64,000 nucleotides of DNA from Isurus oxyrinchus (Eukaryota), in NCBI GenBank assembly GCA_026770705.1, contig JANJGN010000030.1, positions 13,206,001-13,270,000 on the forward strand. Direction: 5' to 3'. Under the pieces are notes generated by a model. It was not told the DNA's origin. It ran no database searches and saw nothing but the letters and a program-made list of their open reading frames with translations. Shown one piece after another: positions 1 to 11,950 of the stretch (within the stretch, counting starts at the first letter, position 1; each line of letters begins with the position of its first letter). Made by a program: the position numbers and the translations under genes.

Positions 1-289
1 TGGGTGATGGCTGGATCTTGAAGGCAATAATGGCTCAAACCAGCCTGTGGTCAGTTTAACAGCCTGCACTGGGCAAAACTTTGTGTAGTATGTCCCAAAG
101 GTGCACCAAAAGGTGTTAGTGCTTTTGATTGTGGGTGCCTACAGGCGATCTTGAATCTGGCTTCCTGTTGGAATAGAGAATGAGTGGTATTGAGTTCATA
201 CTTTAAAAAGAGTGCTTCAAAAGAAACACTGCTGCTGCAATAAATTATTTGCATATCCTGATGAGTAGGCTACAAATGCTGCAGAAGAA

Positions 290-835
290 GAAGCCTGCAG
301 CACTCTGCAAACTAACTTCTGAGTCACCCAAAAAAACTGGTGGCCGGTGTTGAGTGGATACAAATGCAGGTGTGGGAGATGCGATACTTCTACGAAGGTT
401 TGAGATCTGTATATGGCCCTTCCTACTGGATGCAAGCGCCACTAAATCTTTGGATGGCACAACCCTGGTCATAGAGTCCCACTGATGGCAAGAAAAGAGC
501 CTATTTGGTGTAGGAGATTTCCATGGCAAAGGGAAGTGAAGCCGGAGATGGATGAACCACCAACCTATGAAGAGATCGAGACAGCTACAATGCAACTAAA
601 ATCGCACAAAGTCACAGGAATAGATGGAATTTCTGTCGAGGTCTAAAAGTGGCAGGGGATTTGATCCTTGACAGGCTTACAGAGCTGTAGCATGCTGGGA
701 GAAAGGGAAAGTGCTTCAAGTTGCATTGATTCTCCCTCTTCAGAAGTAAGGGAGAGAAGTCTGACTGTTCAAACTATCTTACTCTCTATTGCAGGTAAAA
801 TCTTGGCCAGGAGTAACAGCGATTTTCCAGAACAA
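290..835 (+). mobile_element. Degraded RTE-clade LINE ORF2 fragment
   Basis: Broken frames read RYFYEGLRSVYGP, PTYEEIETATMQLKSHKVTGIDGISVEV* and LSIAGKILAR, typical of the RTE region before the RT domain. Boundaries approximate. Confidence 0.7.
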
Positions 836-1044
836 GCTTGGAAAGACTCCACAGAGACCCGGTTCTGTGTATTGATATTAACCCAGCAGAGCAGTGGGAA
901 CAGTTCCATTCTACAAGAAACAACTGCAGAATTGGTTGGCTTCTCCAATAGAAGAAACCACGATTAAATTGATGAAGATGAGGTGTGGCACTATCACTAT
1001 GTTAATGGGATAGATTCAAAAAAGATCCAGCAATCCCAAACTGG

Positions 1045-3327
1045 ATCTCCGTGAGGCGCTGTGGACCATCAGCAGCAACAAAACTGCATTCAACCACAAT
1101 CTGTATCCTCACGCCCTGACATATCTTTCACTGTACTGCAGGTCGAGTATCCGTTAACCGAAATCCTCGAGGCTGGTGTTTTGGATTTTGGTTTTCAGTT
1201 ACAGGCCTAATTGCACTTACTTGCAGACAAACAACTAGGCTTCCTGCACTAAAGGTTAGGTGTGGTCTGTAAAGTTTGTGCCAGCTCAGTCAGGGCCTTC
1301 CCATGCTAAAGGTCAGTGCATTTGGTGAGGTTTGTGCTGGCTGTGGCTTGGGTCAGGGACTACCGGTGCTAAAGATCGATGAGGTTCAAAAAAGTGCAGT
1401 TTTTTGATGTGTTTGGTTTTTGGATTTATGGGTAAAGGATACTCGACCTGTATTACCATCAAGCCAGGGAATAACCTTCATTCAATTAATTGTTCAGAAG
1501 AGCATGCCAGGAGCAGCACCAGATATACCTAATAATGAGGTGCCAACCTGATGAAACTAAAGCACAAGACTACATCTGTGCTAAGCAATAGAAGCAGCAT
1601 GTAATAGGGCTAAGTGAATCCCACAACTAACGAATCAGATCTAAGCTCTGCAGTCCTGCCATATCCAGTCGGGAATGGTGGTGAACAATTAAACAATGAA
1701 TTGGAGGAGGATGATCCATAGATATTCTCATTAACAATGTCAGTGCAAAAGACAAGACAAGACTCAAGCATTTGCAACTATTTTGAGCCCAGAAATGCCA
1801 TTGATGTTCTGACTCTGCCTCCTCCTGAGGTACCCAGCAGCACAGATGCTAGTCTTCAACCAATTTGACTCACCCCATGTGATGTCAAGAAAAGGCAGAA
1901 GGCACTGGATACAGCCAAGGCTATGGCCCCTGAAAACATCCCAGTTGTAGTGTCAGAGTTGTGGTCCAGAATTAGCTGTGGCCCTAGCCAAGCTGTTCCA
2001 GTACAGATACAACATTGATATCTACCCAAAAATGTGAAAAAAATTCCAGGTATGTCCAATCCACAAAGAGAACACGCTCAATCCAGCCAGGTACCATCCT
2101 CTCAGTTTATTGTCAGTCAACAGCAAAGCAATATCAAATGGCACATAGCAATAACCTGCTAACTGATCATCAGTTTGGGTTCCACAAAAGCCACTTGGCT
2201 CCTGACCTTGATTACAGCCTTGGTCCAAATATTGTCAAAAGAGCTGACCATGGTGTGTTGACAACAAGGCAGTATTTGACTAGCAACAAGGAGCCTTGGC
2301 AAAATTGAAGCCAGTGGGAATCTGGTGAATCCACTGTGTGTAGACATAACTAGTGCAAAAGAAAATGGTTGTGATTGTTGGAGGTCAAAGCATCTCATTC
2401 CCAGGACATAACTGCAGGGTCTTCTCAGTGTAGTGTCCTAGACCCAGCCATCTTCAGCTCCTTCATAAATGACCTTCCCTCTATCATAAGGTCAGAAGTG
2501 GGGATGTTTGCTGATGATTGCAACTCAGATACTGAAGCAGTCCACGTCCACATGCAACAAGACCCTGGACAACATTCAGGCTTGAGCTGATAAGTAGCAA
2601 GTAACATTTGTGCCAATCTTGTGCCAGACAATGCCATCTCCAACAATATAACCTAACCATCTCCCTTGACAATCAATGGCATTACAACCACTAAATTCCC
2701 CCCACAATTAACATCTGGGGTTATTGACCAGAAACTTAACTCAACCAGCTATTTGAAACCTGTGGTTACAACAGCAGAGCAGAAGCTGGGAATTCTGAGT
2801 AATTCACCTCCTGTCTTCCCAAAGAATGTCCATCCACAAGGAACAAGTCAGGAGTATGATGGAATGCTCCCTTGCCTGGATGAGTACAGCTCCAGCAACA
2901 CCCAAAGGTTGACACCATCCAGGACAAAGCAACTTGCTCATTCACTCCCTTCAGCTGCACCATTGGCACATAGTGACATCAAGTGTGCACCATACACAAG
3001 ATACACTGCAGTAACTCCCATGGCTTTTTTGACAGCACCTTCCAAACCTGTGACCTCTACCATTTAGAAGGTGCATGGGAATGCCACCACCTGCAAGTTT
3101 CCCTCCAAGCTGCACACCATCTTGACTTGGAACTATATCTTGTTCTTCCACTGTCACTGGGTCAAAATCCTTAAACTACCTTCCTCATAGCACTGTGGGT
3201 GTACCACCTGTTCGAAGCACTACAGTGCTTCAAGGTGGCTCACCAGCACCTTAAAGGGCAATTGGGGGCAACGGTTACTGGCCTTGCCACCACTGCTCAC
3301 CTTCCATGATCAAGTTTATTTAAAAAA
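1045..3327 (+). mobile_element. Degraded CR1/L2-group LINE (family with FADD RT motif), 3' portion with tail
   Basis: NNLLTDHQFGF, SQCSVLDPAIFSSFINDLPSIIRSEVGMFADDC (ORF 2375-2590); 3' tail ends in an A-run near 3320. The same family occurs at 24730, 27165 and 62970. Interrupted by the MITE at 1139-1450. Confidence 0.8.
1139..1450. mobile_element. Tc1/mariner (Tigger/pogo-like) MITE
   Basis: Perfect 14-bp TIRs CAGGTCGAGTATCC (1139-1152) and GGATACTCGACCTG (1437-1450). Right flank is TA, left flank TG (likely decayed TA TSD). The end sequence resembles MER46/Tigger4 termini as I recall them. Confidence 0.8.
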
Positions 3328-3472
3328 AGCATTCATTCCTTGCTAGAGTATGGTTTGAGTGCCTGACACCCAATTTCCATGATTGGCTCAAGTGTCAGCA
3401 AACTGTTCAGCTGGGCAGCTGCTCCCATGAATGTTTCTTTATTTTTAACCATTTTCTTCCCCTCTTTCTCTG

Positions 3473-4292
3473 TCAGCTGTGATCAGTTGATAGCACTTGC
3501 CTGAGTCACAAGGTTCCAGGTTCAAGTTCCACTCCAGGGTGTTAGTACAAAAATCAAAGCTGTCACATGCCAGTGCAGTACTGAGAAAGCGCTGCAATGT
3601 TGGAGGTGCCATCTTTTGAATGAAGCATTAAACAGAGGCCCAAACTGTCTGCTCAGGTGAAGGATCCCACGGCACTATTTTGAAGAAGAGCCAGGGAATT
3701 ATCCCTGGTGTCCGAGCCGATATGTATCCCTTAGCCAACATCTCTCTCTCAAAATCTGGTCATTCATTGCCAGCCATGTTTCTTGATTTGAGGATGATGT
3801 CTACATAAGGTTGCGAGTTTCTTCCAAGGGTCTTCCTGTGACTGAGTAAGCTGGTTTTTCAACCTGCACGTAGGGCAGAGCATCCCACAAAGTAGTTGGA
3901 TCCAGGGTGCTGTTACTCTGCCTCAGCAGTAATACATTGGAACTAAGCCATAATGCAGCTTAATGGACAAGTTGTTGCTATTCTGAGCAATTGGTAGCAA
4001 GCTCCTAGTCATTATCAATGCCAACACATGTCAAGTAGAGCTTCAGTGTGTTTGAATCATTTTCCTTATCCTCCCTGGTATGTTGATCATTTGAGAGTTG
4101 TGAACAGGACCTGATGGGGGGGGGCTACTTTCAGCAATGTGGGCGCAGTGGCTATTATCATGTTGCTAATTGTGGGAGCTTGTTGCACACAAACTGGCTT
4201 CTACAGTGACTACATGTCAAAAAACACTTCATTGGCTGTGAAGTCCTTTGGGATGCTTGGTACCTGTGAAAAGCTTTAGATAAATGCAAGTC
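3473..4292 (+). mobile_element. tRNA-derived Deu-domain SINE (SacSINE1-like), split by an ~390-bp insertion at about 3766-4152
   Basis: tRNA-like head with B-box GGTTCAAGTTCC; core gatcccacggcactattttgaagaagag...; L2-like tail ...taaatgcaagtc. Similar copy at 6180. Confidence 0.7.
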
Positions 4293-4395
4293 AGTTTTCT
4301 TTTCCCTACCTAATCCTGTAGTTAGTAATTAGTCGGATAATTTTCCCCTCCTTAGACTAGGGGTCTTGGTCAGCATTCCTAAACACAAGAATCAG

Positions 4396-4495
4396 AACAA
4401 CAACAACAACTTGCCTTATTTTAGCATCTTTAACATAGTAAAATGTCCCAAATCTGTGCACAGGAAGGTTATCAAACAAAATTTGACATGATGCA
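4396..4495 (-). mobile_element. L2 LINE/SINE 3' tail fragment
   Basis: (CAA)n followed by cttgccttattttagcatctttaac, the reverse complement of the L2-type tail seen at about 44400-44460. Confidence 0.55.
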
Positions 4496-5704
4496 ATGCT
4501 CACTGGATCTTCTATCGTTGTCTGGATAGGATCAAGTAACTCAGCAAATATACTGAAACCCAAGACCAGCCATTCGCAGTCTTTAAGATGTACTGCATGT
4601 CAATCATTTGTCTGAACTCCACAAATCAGTTAACATATTGCATCATTCAACAGGGTGGGAGGAGGTCACTTTTTGGAGTCACTGCCTTTACCAGAATTGG
4701 GTCTTAATTGAGCTGTTCCTTTAATGTTGCTTGGTATTCTCTTTTTCCATCATTGACAATGTTACAAGCACAATTGTGTGCTGTTAACATTTTTGCATTC
4801 TTTTATGTTATGAAATCAGTAGTTATCATGTTGTATTTTTGAAAAAAACCAGTTTTGAAGATTTGGATTCCCATTTTTGATTGAGAGCTGTTATTATTAT
4901 TACTTTGATTAAATTGCTTCCAATTTTGGGGAAGCTTATTGACAGTTAAAGATAGCTACCAGAAAGACTTTTGAGATCTTGTCCAATGACTGATAGTGAA
5001 AACTGAACTCTGTCTAGCACCAGTTTCGAGAAATGCACAATCTGTTCCAAGCTACCCTGCTGATCTTGTCATGAATGTTTTAAAATGTTGGAAGGAGATC
5101 TTGGAGGATAGGGTAACACTGGCCAATATTATACGACAACAGACCTTAGAGCACCTACACCTTGTTGACAAACAAGAGTCACAGGTCAGAGATTAAAGCT
5201 TTGCAGATTTGGGCTACCTTTGGAGTATTTGAGACCTGGAGCGCTATTGAGGTATTCCCCGTTAATGAAGAGGACTACAATAAAATACTTGGGATCTAAT
5301 CTCTTGAATGTCCCCAGCTCTTGATCTGAACTGTCAAAATTGGAGTAAGTACTTGATACATTTTGCAGCCTGGAATCCCAGTTTCAGCTTGGTCTCCTTA
5401 TCAAAGCCTCGGCTGGCACTTTGAGAGGAATTCTTGATTACTGCAACTGAGTGGCATACACTGAGGCTTTGGTCATCTTCCAAGCATGAATGTTGGCCAT
5501 TGGTCCGTAACATCTATCAATGCTGCAGCTAGATGAGCAAAAGGCAAATCAGTAAGGTGTGATATAGTAGAAAGCTTGATTATCTCACAGCAACAACAAA
5601 AAGATTTCACAACCCATATGGTTAAATTGGTTAGACTGTGTTTGTGTCCTGGCTGAAGGGAAAGAATGTTCTGTGAATACTGGCCTCTGATGCTAGACCC
5701 CTAC

Positions 5705-5997
5705 ATGATAAGGTGCCAAGTGATGTCATTCCATCTACCAAACAATTTGTTAAGTCGACATTTCAACTTGATTGGCATTGTACCACATACAAGATGCATT
5801 GCAGCAACTCGACAAGGCTCCTTCCAAATCCTCTACCACCTAGAAGAAAAGGGCAGTCGATGCATGGGAATGCCACCACTTGCAAATTTCCCTCCAAGCC
5901 ACACATCATCCTGAATTGCAATTATATTGTTCCTTCATTGTCACTGGATAAAAATCCTGGCACTCCTTTCGTAACAGCACTGGGTGTACCTACAACT
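5705..5997 (+). mobile_element. Short 3' fragment of the FADD LINE family
   Basis: Aligns by eye with 2990-3205 and 25460-25690 (tacaagatgcattgcagcaactc...aaaatcctgg). Confidence 0.7.
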
Positions 5998-6179
5998 CTC
6001 TGATTTTACTTCTCTGGAGATAGGAGAAGACAGGTTTTGGAACTTACCAATTATTGTGCATGTGTCTATTGAATAATATCCTGCCAAATGAGTGATTCTA
6101 TTTGTTTTCATGAAGCTTTTCTTGTGTTGCTGATGTACACCGAGGTGCTGAATACCTGGTTCCTGTCTTGAGTTTTATA

Positions 6180-6494
6180 GCTTCAGTCGTGACTTGGCTC
6201 TTAGTGATAAGGTTCTAGGTTGCAGTCCCATCCCAAGACCCGAGCACAAAAATCAAGGCTGATGCTATAGTCCAGTACTGAGTTGTCGGAGGTACCATCT
6301 CTTGGACAAGATATTGAAGCAAGATGTCTGGCCCCTCAGGTGGCTGTAAAAGATCCTATAGCACTATTTTTGAAGAACAGGGATGTCATCCCTGGTTCCC
6401 TGGCTAACATTTTCCCTGAAACAACACTACAAAAGATTATCTGGTCATTATCGCATTACTATTTGTGTGAGCATGCTGTGCACAAAGTGGCTAC
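6180..6494 (+). mobile_element. Deu-domain SINE, 5' part (continues briefly at 11218-11240 after the LTR element)
   Basis: Similar to 3473-3765 and 4153-4200. The sequence cacaaagtggct resumes as gccatgttaactacatta after the Gypsy element. Confidence 0.7.
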
Positions 6495-6727
6495 TGTAGT
6501 ATCAGGGGGTTTGGGACTGGGGGGGGGGGGGGCACTAATGTGGGACTGGGGAAACAGCACTGTCCACATTATTTAGAATGTCACATGGGAGCAGTAGAGT
6601 GTAGGAGAGAGTCTGGTAGCAGTTATGGAGATACAGTCAGGACTAGGTGCTATCATTCATAAATAGTTATTGTTCAACCATACAAGCCTCTAGAACTCTA
6701 CAGGAGACAGCATACAGCCTTACAACG
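6495..6727 (+). repeat. 5' LTR of the Gypsy element
   Basis: TGTAGTATCAG...tacaagcctctaga...agacagcatacagccttacaacg; matches 11079-11217. Confidence 0.88.
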
Positions 6728-9700
6728 TTTCAGCAGCAGGTGAAGGACCCCAAATCCCTAAGAACATAGTAGTAAAGAAACTGCAGCCTGACATGAGAGA
6801 AGTGCACCTAACTTGAAGACCTCATATACACAGCTGGAGATTGCCTAAGAAGCTCCATTACAGGTGTGGAGGCTGAAGGGCAGAAGAAAGATGCACTGTG
6901 CAGTGTATAAAGATTCCATTAGAGTACTTGGAAGGTCTGTTGTGAGAACCAATCGAAAGCCAAGTTAAAGGACCTAACAGGACCGCAAAAGGGTAAGCAA
7001 GCTCCAAAAAAAGGCTGAATTGGATGCAATAATCAGGAAGCACTGGCAGACCAATCATTCTTCAAGCGGCACTCATTAAAACACTGAAACCGGTATCCAG
7101 AATCAGCGCTATAACACCGTGCACGAATGGAAAAAAAAATTAAGTTAGAGCAAAAAATTGGTTTCAATTCCGTTCTCCAAGCTTAGGAAAGTAACCAGCT
7201 GGCCAAAACAATCGTTCAAAGCTGTGATGGGAGCCCGTCCTATCTCAACAAGCACAGGAAGAGAAAGCAAAACCATTACTGCAGTGCCATTTCCCAGCTG
7301 TGAATGGTAAGTCAACAATGTCAGATCAAATAAAGCAGATGGAAGTGCTGGACCAGGTGCAAAATTGGGTGTACGGGGAAGATTTTTAAGATAGATGATA
7401 ACAAGAGGCTTGTATAAGAAAATAGAGGCTGAACAAGTGAATACACTTGTTTTCAGCCAGTCCAATCACAGATGACATAATTGCAAGGCAAGGATTAAAT
7501 TAATCATCCGAAAACTTAAGTATTTGACACGTACTTTAAGATAAGAAATAAAATTTTGGAGTAAGCAAAATTTAATGAATCTAAAAGCTGGGGCAACCTG
7601 TAGCCTCTCAAATTAGTTATACAGATTAGCTGAAAGCTGTGACTATGATGACCTTTAAGTCGGAGCTCAGAGAGACCAAATAGTATTGGGAGTGTCTGAT
7701 CTTATGCTTTCTGATGTACAGCAATCTAAAGAAGATCTGACTTTGGAAATGGCCATCCAAATTATCAATAGGAAATCTGCCAGTTAATCCGATCCATTTT
7801 GCATGGCAAAGTTATCCCATGGTACAGAGCAACCCCAACAGTCCAGTTCATAAACCAGTAAAAGGGAAAGGAGACTCCAGGACAAGGAAAGCAATATCCA
7901 AGCAAAACACAAAATGGTGGCAGATCATGTCAGCACTGTGGCGCCAAAAGACATTGCAGGCACGAGCAGTGTCCAGCAGCACTGTGCAGTGCTTTCACTG
8001 CAACCACCTGGGGCACTTTGGAAAGATGTGTAAGTCTAAAAGCTTGATGTGCAGAGGATCACAAACAAGTCCATGAAATAGATGAGCCACACCAAGAAGT
8101 GCAACAATGCTGCTTCGGTGAAATTAAGGATCCCAGATTCACCTTTTGAAATGCCGACATATTTGTAAATGGTCACCGTATGAATTTCAAATTAGACACA
8201 GGAGCCAGTCCTGTTGGGTAAGGAGCCATGGCTCGTGAAACAGTATATGAAGCTATCCATAACACAATTTTATATGGACCTGGAGACATCAAGCTCCATG
8301 TCAAAGGTATTGTGCAAGCTGCTCTCCAATTTAAAAATTAAACATATGGGAGACGCTGGGTGTTCCACAACCAAGAATTTTCTTTACTGAGCAGGAAGTC
8401 CTGTGTCCACGTCTACCTCATCCAGAAGATCAGGATTAACCAGCAACGATTTGGTTCAGATTTCAAAAAGGATGTTCCAAAACTTTTGACTGGGCTGGGA
8501 TGACGGATGAAGACTTGTATGCAGCATAACGCAGAAATGATGCCAAACCCATGTTTATATTTGTACAACAGCAACTTGATAAAATGACTTAGATGTAACT
8601 CAGCTGACAGAATGGTGTTCTGGAATGGTCCCAGTTCTGAAACTAAACTGGGCCATTCGTATCTGTGTTGACCTGACGCAACTTAAGGCAGTGGCAAGGG
8701 AAGTTCACCCTAAACTCTCCAAGAGCACAATGTTCTTGAAACTTGATACCAACAGTGGCTTCTGGCAGGTTCTTTTAGATGAGAAATCTAAGTTGCTGAC
8801 AACTTTTGTAGCCCCCATTTGGCAGATTCTGCTTCAGACATTTACCCTTCAGCAGTACCTTGGCATCCAAGATTTTTCAGTGTACCATGTCTGCCATGTT
8901 ATAAGGACTGAAAGAAGTCATCTGCCATGTGGATATTGCCTTTGGTCATGGTCCGACTGTCAAGGAACATGACAGTAGACTCACAGCTATCTTGAAATGC
9001 TTCCAGGAAGCAGGATTGACACTGAATGATAAGTGCAAGTTCCCCAGGCCCTCCATTTGGTTCTTGGGTCATATGTTGTGAAGGCATCAGGGTGGACCCA
9101 TCCAAAACAAAGGCACTTAGTGAGTTTTCAACCCTGTCATCCATTCTAGACCTCCAAAGGTTCACTGGCATGTTGAACCAATTTGTGAAATTTCTGCTCA
9201 ACTTGGTACAGGTCACAGGCCTTTTTGGGGGCAGAGGCTCTAAGTGTGGTGTTAAGATGCACATCAAGAGCATACATTCTGTCAGGTCAATGCTCTCAAC
9301 AGATCCTGCTCACTGTCACCCATCCCTGCCAACTACAATTGCAGTGGATGTCTTGTCAACAGGACTAGGGGCAATTCCAAGAGCAACTGGTGGATGTCAT
9401 TGACCAGTATATTACTTGTCTAGGGGGCTGTCAGACACAGACGCGTTACATAATTATTGAAAAAAAGGCCCTCAGTAATGTGGGCTTGAGAAGTTCTCTG
9501 ACTCTATTGTTGGGCTGAAAGTAATCACCGAGACAGATCACAAGCCATTGGTCTCACTATTGAACGAGAAAATTTACCAGGATGCTCCCCAGAATTCAGA
9601 GATTCTGCTTGCGTCTTGTGTACTTGGCATATGAGATAGTGGATATCCAGGGGAAGCATCGAATGACTGCAGACACACTGTCCAGGGCGACAATCGACCA

Positions 9701-10570
9701 TCCTGCACATGATCAATCTGGTCGACAAGCTGAAGTCGTATTCCCAGTACATGACAACACAACTGCCAGGGAGCTCCAAAAAGCTTCAACAGGTACACCA
9801 GGAGTAGATGCGAGATGGAGTGTGTGCCCACATCTCAGTTCTGCCTACGAGGTTGGTCACTGCCGCATCCAGATGGCAATGTTATGAAAATTTACTTCAA
9901 ACAGCAGAAACACTTCACTGTTATTGATGGACCTGCTATTGTATGATGAATGTTTGGCCATTTCTGTCTCACCCTGGCCAGAGATTCTACAATAAACCCA
10001 CCAACGCCACTTGGGCATCACCAGTGTAGAGCAGGAGCCCAGTCTGCACTGTGGTGGCCGGGACTATTGAGCGATTGAAGAGATGATTTTAAACTGCCAT
10101 GTGTGCGTGCTGTGCAAACCAGTCCAGAAGGGGAATCCCTTATCCTCATACAGTTCCCTACCAGACTATATTAACTTTTGGGAATGGATCAATTCATATA
10201 TAATGGCAAGTCCTTCCTCATTATTGTTGATTATTTCTCTCGGATCGAAGAGAAGTGTTTACACACAACCACAGAGTCGGTCATTAGGTCGTTGAAAGAA
10301 ATTTTGTGATCCATGGCATATATTCATTTGCTATTGAATAATTCACTTTTTTTCTGGAATTGCTGCTTTCAACACCTCATCAGCTCCCCAAGGCATCCAC
10401 AGTCTAACGGTGAGAGGGAAAGGGGCGTCTGCACTATTAAAATCCTCCTGAAAAATTATGACTTTCTAATGGTGCGTTTGAGACAGATCCACCCCACTAC
10501 AATGTGAATTAGCCCCATCAGAACTGCTGATGGGCAGAAAACTTTGCACTTAACTTCTCATGCTGCCAGA

Positions 10571-10626
10571 GAAATTAATCCCAGGGTTGGCAGTCGGGGA
10601 AATTAATCCCAGGGTTGGCAGTCAGG
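10571..10626 (+). repeat. 28-bp tandem duplication inside the Gypsy integrase region
   Basis: gaaattaatcccagggttggcagtc(g/a)gg occurs twice in tandem. Confidence 0.9.
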
Positions 10627-11078
10627 GACTATCAGGACCGAGAACATTCTTACAGTCAGTGACCAAGCTTCCACTTAAAATAAGAGATGCCATACTAGAA
10701 ACCAGCCCAGACTAAACAGAGGTGTTGGAGAAGGCATTATTGTCCTGAGGGATGAAGATCAACAACATACCCCAAAAGGCACAATCAGTCAGAACAAGAG
10801 GAGTCTTCTCCTCATTCCTTGTGACGAACTTCCTATCGTATACTTGAGAAAATCAGATGTAGAAACCCAAATAATTGCAAACCAAGTACTACAACTTCAA
10901 CTCCAGACCAAGAAAATCACCCCCAAAGTAATTGAGACTACCACTCCTCCAAACTTGAAAAGAACGAGATCTGGTAAAGCCTCCAGACTGTCTGAATCTG
11001 TAAAGTCAGAAACTTGGGACGAGGAAGGGTAGCATGTAAATATTATTGTAAATACATTTGGATGAAGACTTGGGGAGA

Positions 11079-11217
11079 TGTAGTATTAGTGTGTTCGGGA
11101 CTGTAAAGGTTAATGTGGGACTGGGGAAGCAGTAATGCCCACATTATGATAGAGATAACAGTTATTACTATACAAGCCTCTAGACCTCTTCATGAGACAG
11201 CATACAACCTTACAACA
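11079..11217 (+). repeat. 3' LTR of the Gypsy element (internally deleted)
   Basis: TG...CA ends, preceded by purine tract GGGGAGA; 139 bp versus 233 bp for the 5' LTR. Confidence 0.88.
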
Positions 11218-11459
11218 GCTGCCATGTTAACTACATTAAAACTGATGATTAAATACAAGGGACTTGGAACTGAAAGTAGGAGAAACATTAAAAAAAACGT
11301 TGTGAGACTGGAATTTGAGTTTGAAGCAGAGACAGCATCAACTTTTTAAGAATAGGTTGGTTAGGTAATTGAGGAAAAGGGAATGAAAGATGTATAGGAC
11401 CAGAGCATGCACGTGGGATTAGGACAAACAGCATATCTGTGGTCTTATGGTATCGAGGT

Positions 11460-11950
11460 GGCAGATTCCTCATTCAAGTATGTCCAGGCTATAAGTGACT
11501 GTCGTCTGTGAGTCTTCATGACTGAGGAGTCCAATGAGAGATCAGCATGGAACTGGAAGTTCATGTTGTTTTTGTTGTTGTTTGTACTTGCATTGGTAGC
11601 AACAAATGGCTTTGTTTGCAGGTTTATTTTCTTTGTCACTAATGATTGCATAGAATTAGATAGAAATGACGATACTCGGGAAACAGCTGCAGCCGACCGA
11701 CCCATGAAGAGATGAGCGCTGAAATTTAGTTCAGTGTGCAAGGACTGTCTGCATCAAAATCACAACTTCCACCGTGTCCAGAGGAAGGCCAGTGTTAGCA
11801 CTGTCTTGGGAAAACACTGCAACTGACAGGCCCATTTAGAGGCAAGCACTAAAATTTCATTCAGTATGCTTCAAGATCATCTATGTCAAACTTGCAATAT
11901 CCAACATGTCCAGAGGAAGGCCAAAGGTGGCGCAGTTGCAGAAGTTCCCC
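11460..11950 (-). mobile_element. Degraded RTE LINE 3' fragment
   Basis: Minus strand reads SLIGLLSHED, like the RTE C-terminal SxIGLxSH motif at 24420. Confidence 0.5.

Larger units (their letters stand above)
6495..11217 (+). mobile_element. Full-length but decayed Ty3/Gypsy LTR retrotransposon
   Basis: Two LTRs start TGTAGTAT; 5-bp TSD GCTAC/GCTGC. gag (LAESCDY...RDQIVLGV; knuckle CFHCNHLGHFGKMC near 7990), protease FKLDTGA (near 8185), RT (IRICVDLTQL, KLDTNSGFWQV), RNase H (TTIAVDVLSTGLGA), integrase (SSPRHPQSNGERERGV) in PR-RT-RH-IN order. Many stops and frameshifts. Confidence 0.92.

Noticed and set aside
3473-3545. tRNA gene
   Set aside because: It is the degenerate tRNA-derived head of a SINE and continues into the SINE body; no intact cloverleaf.
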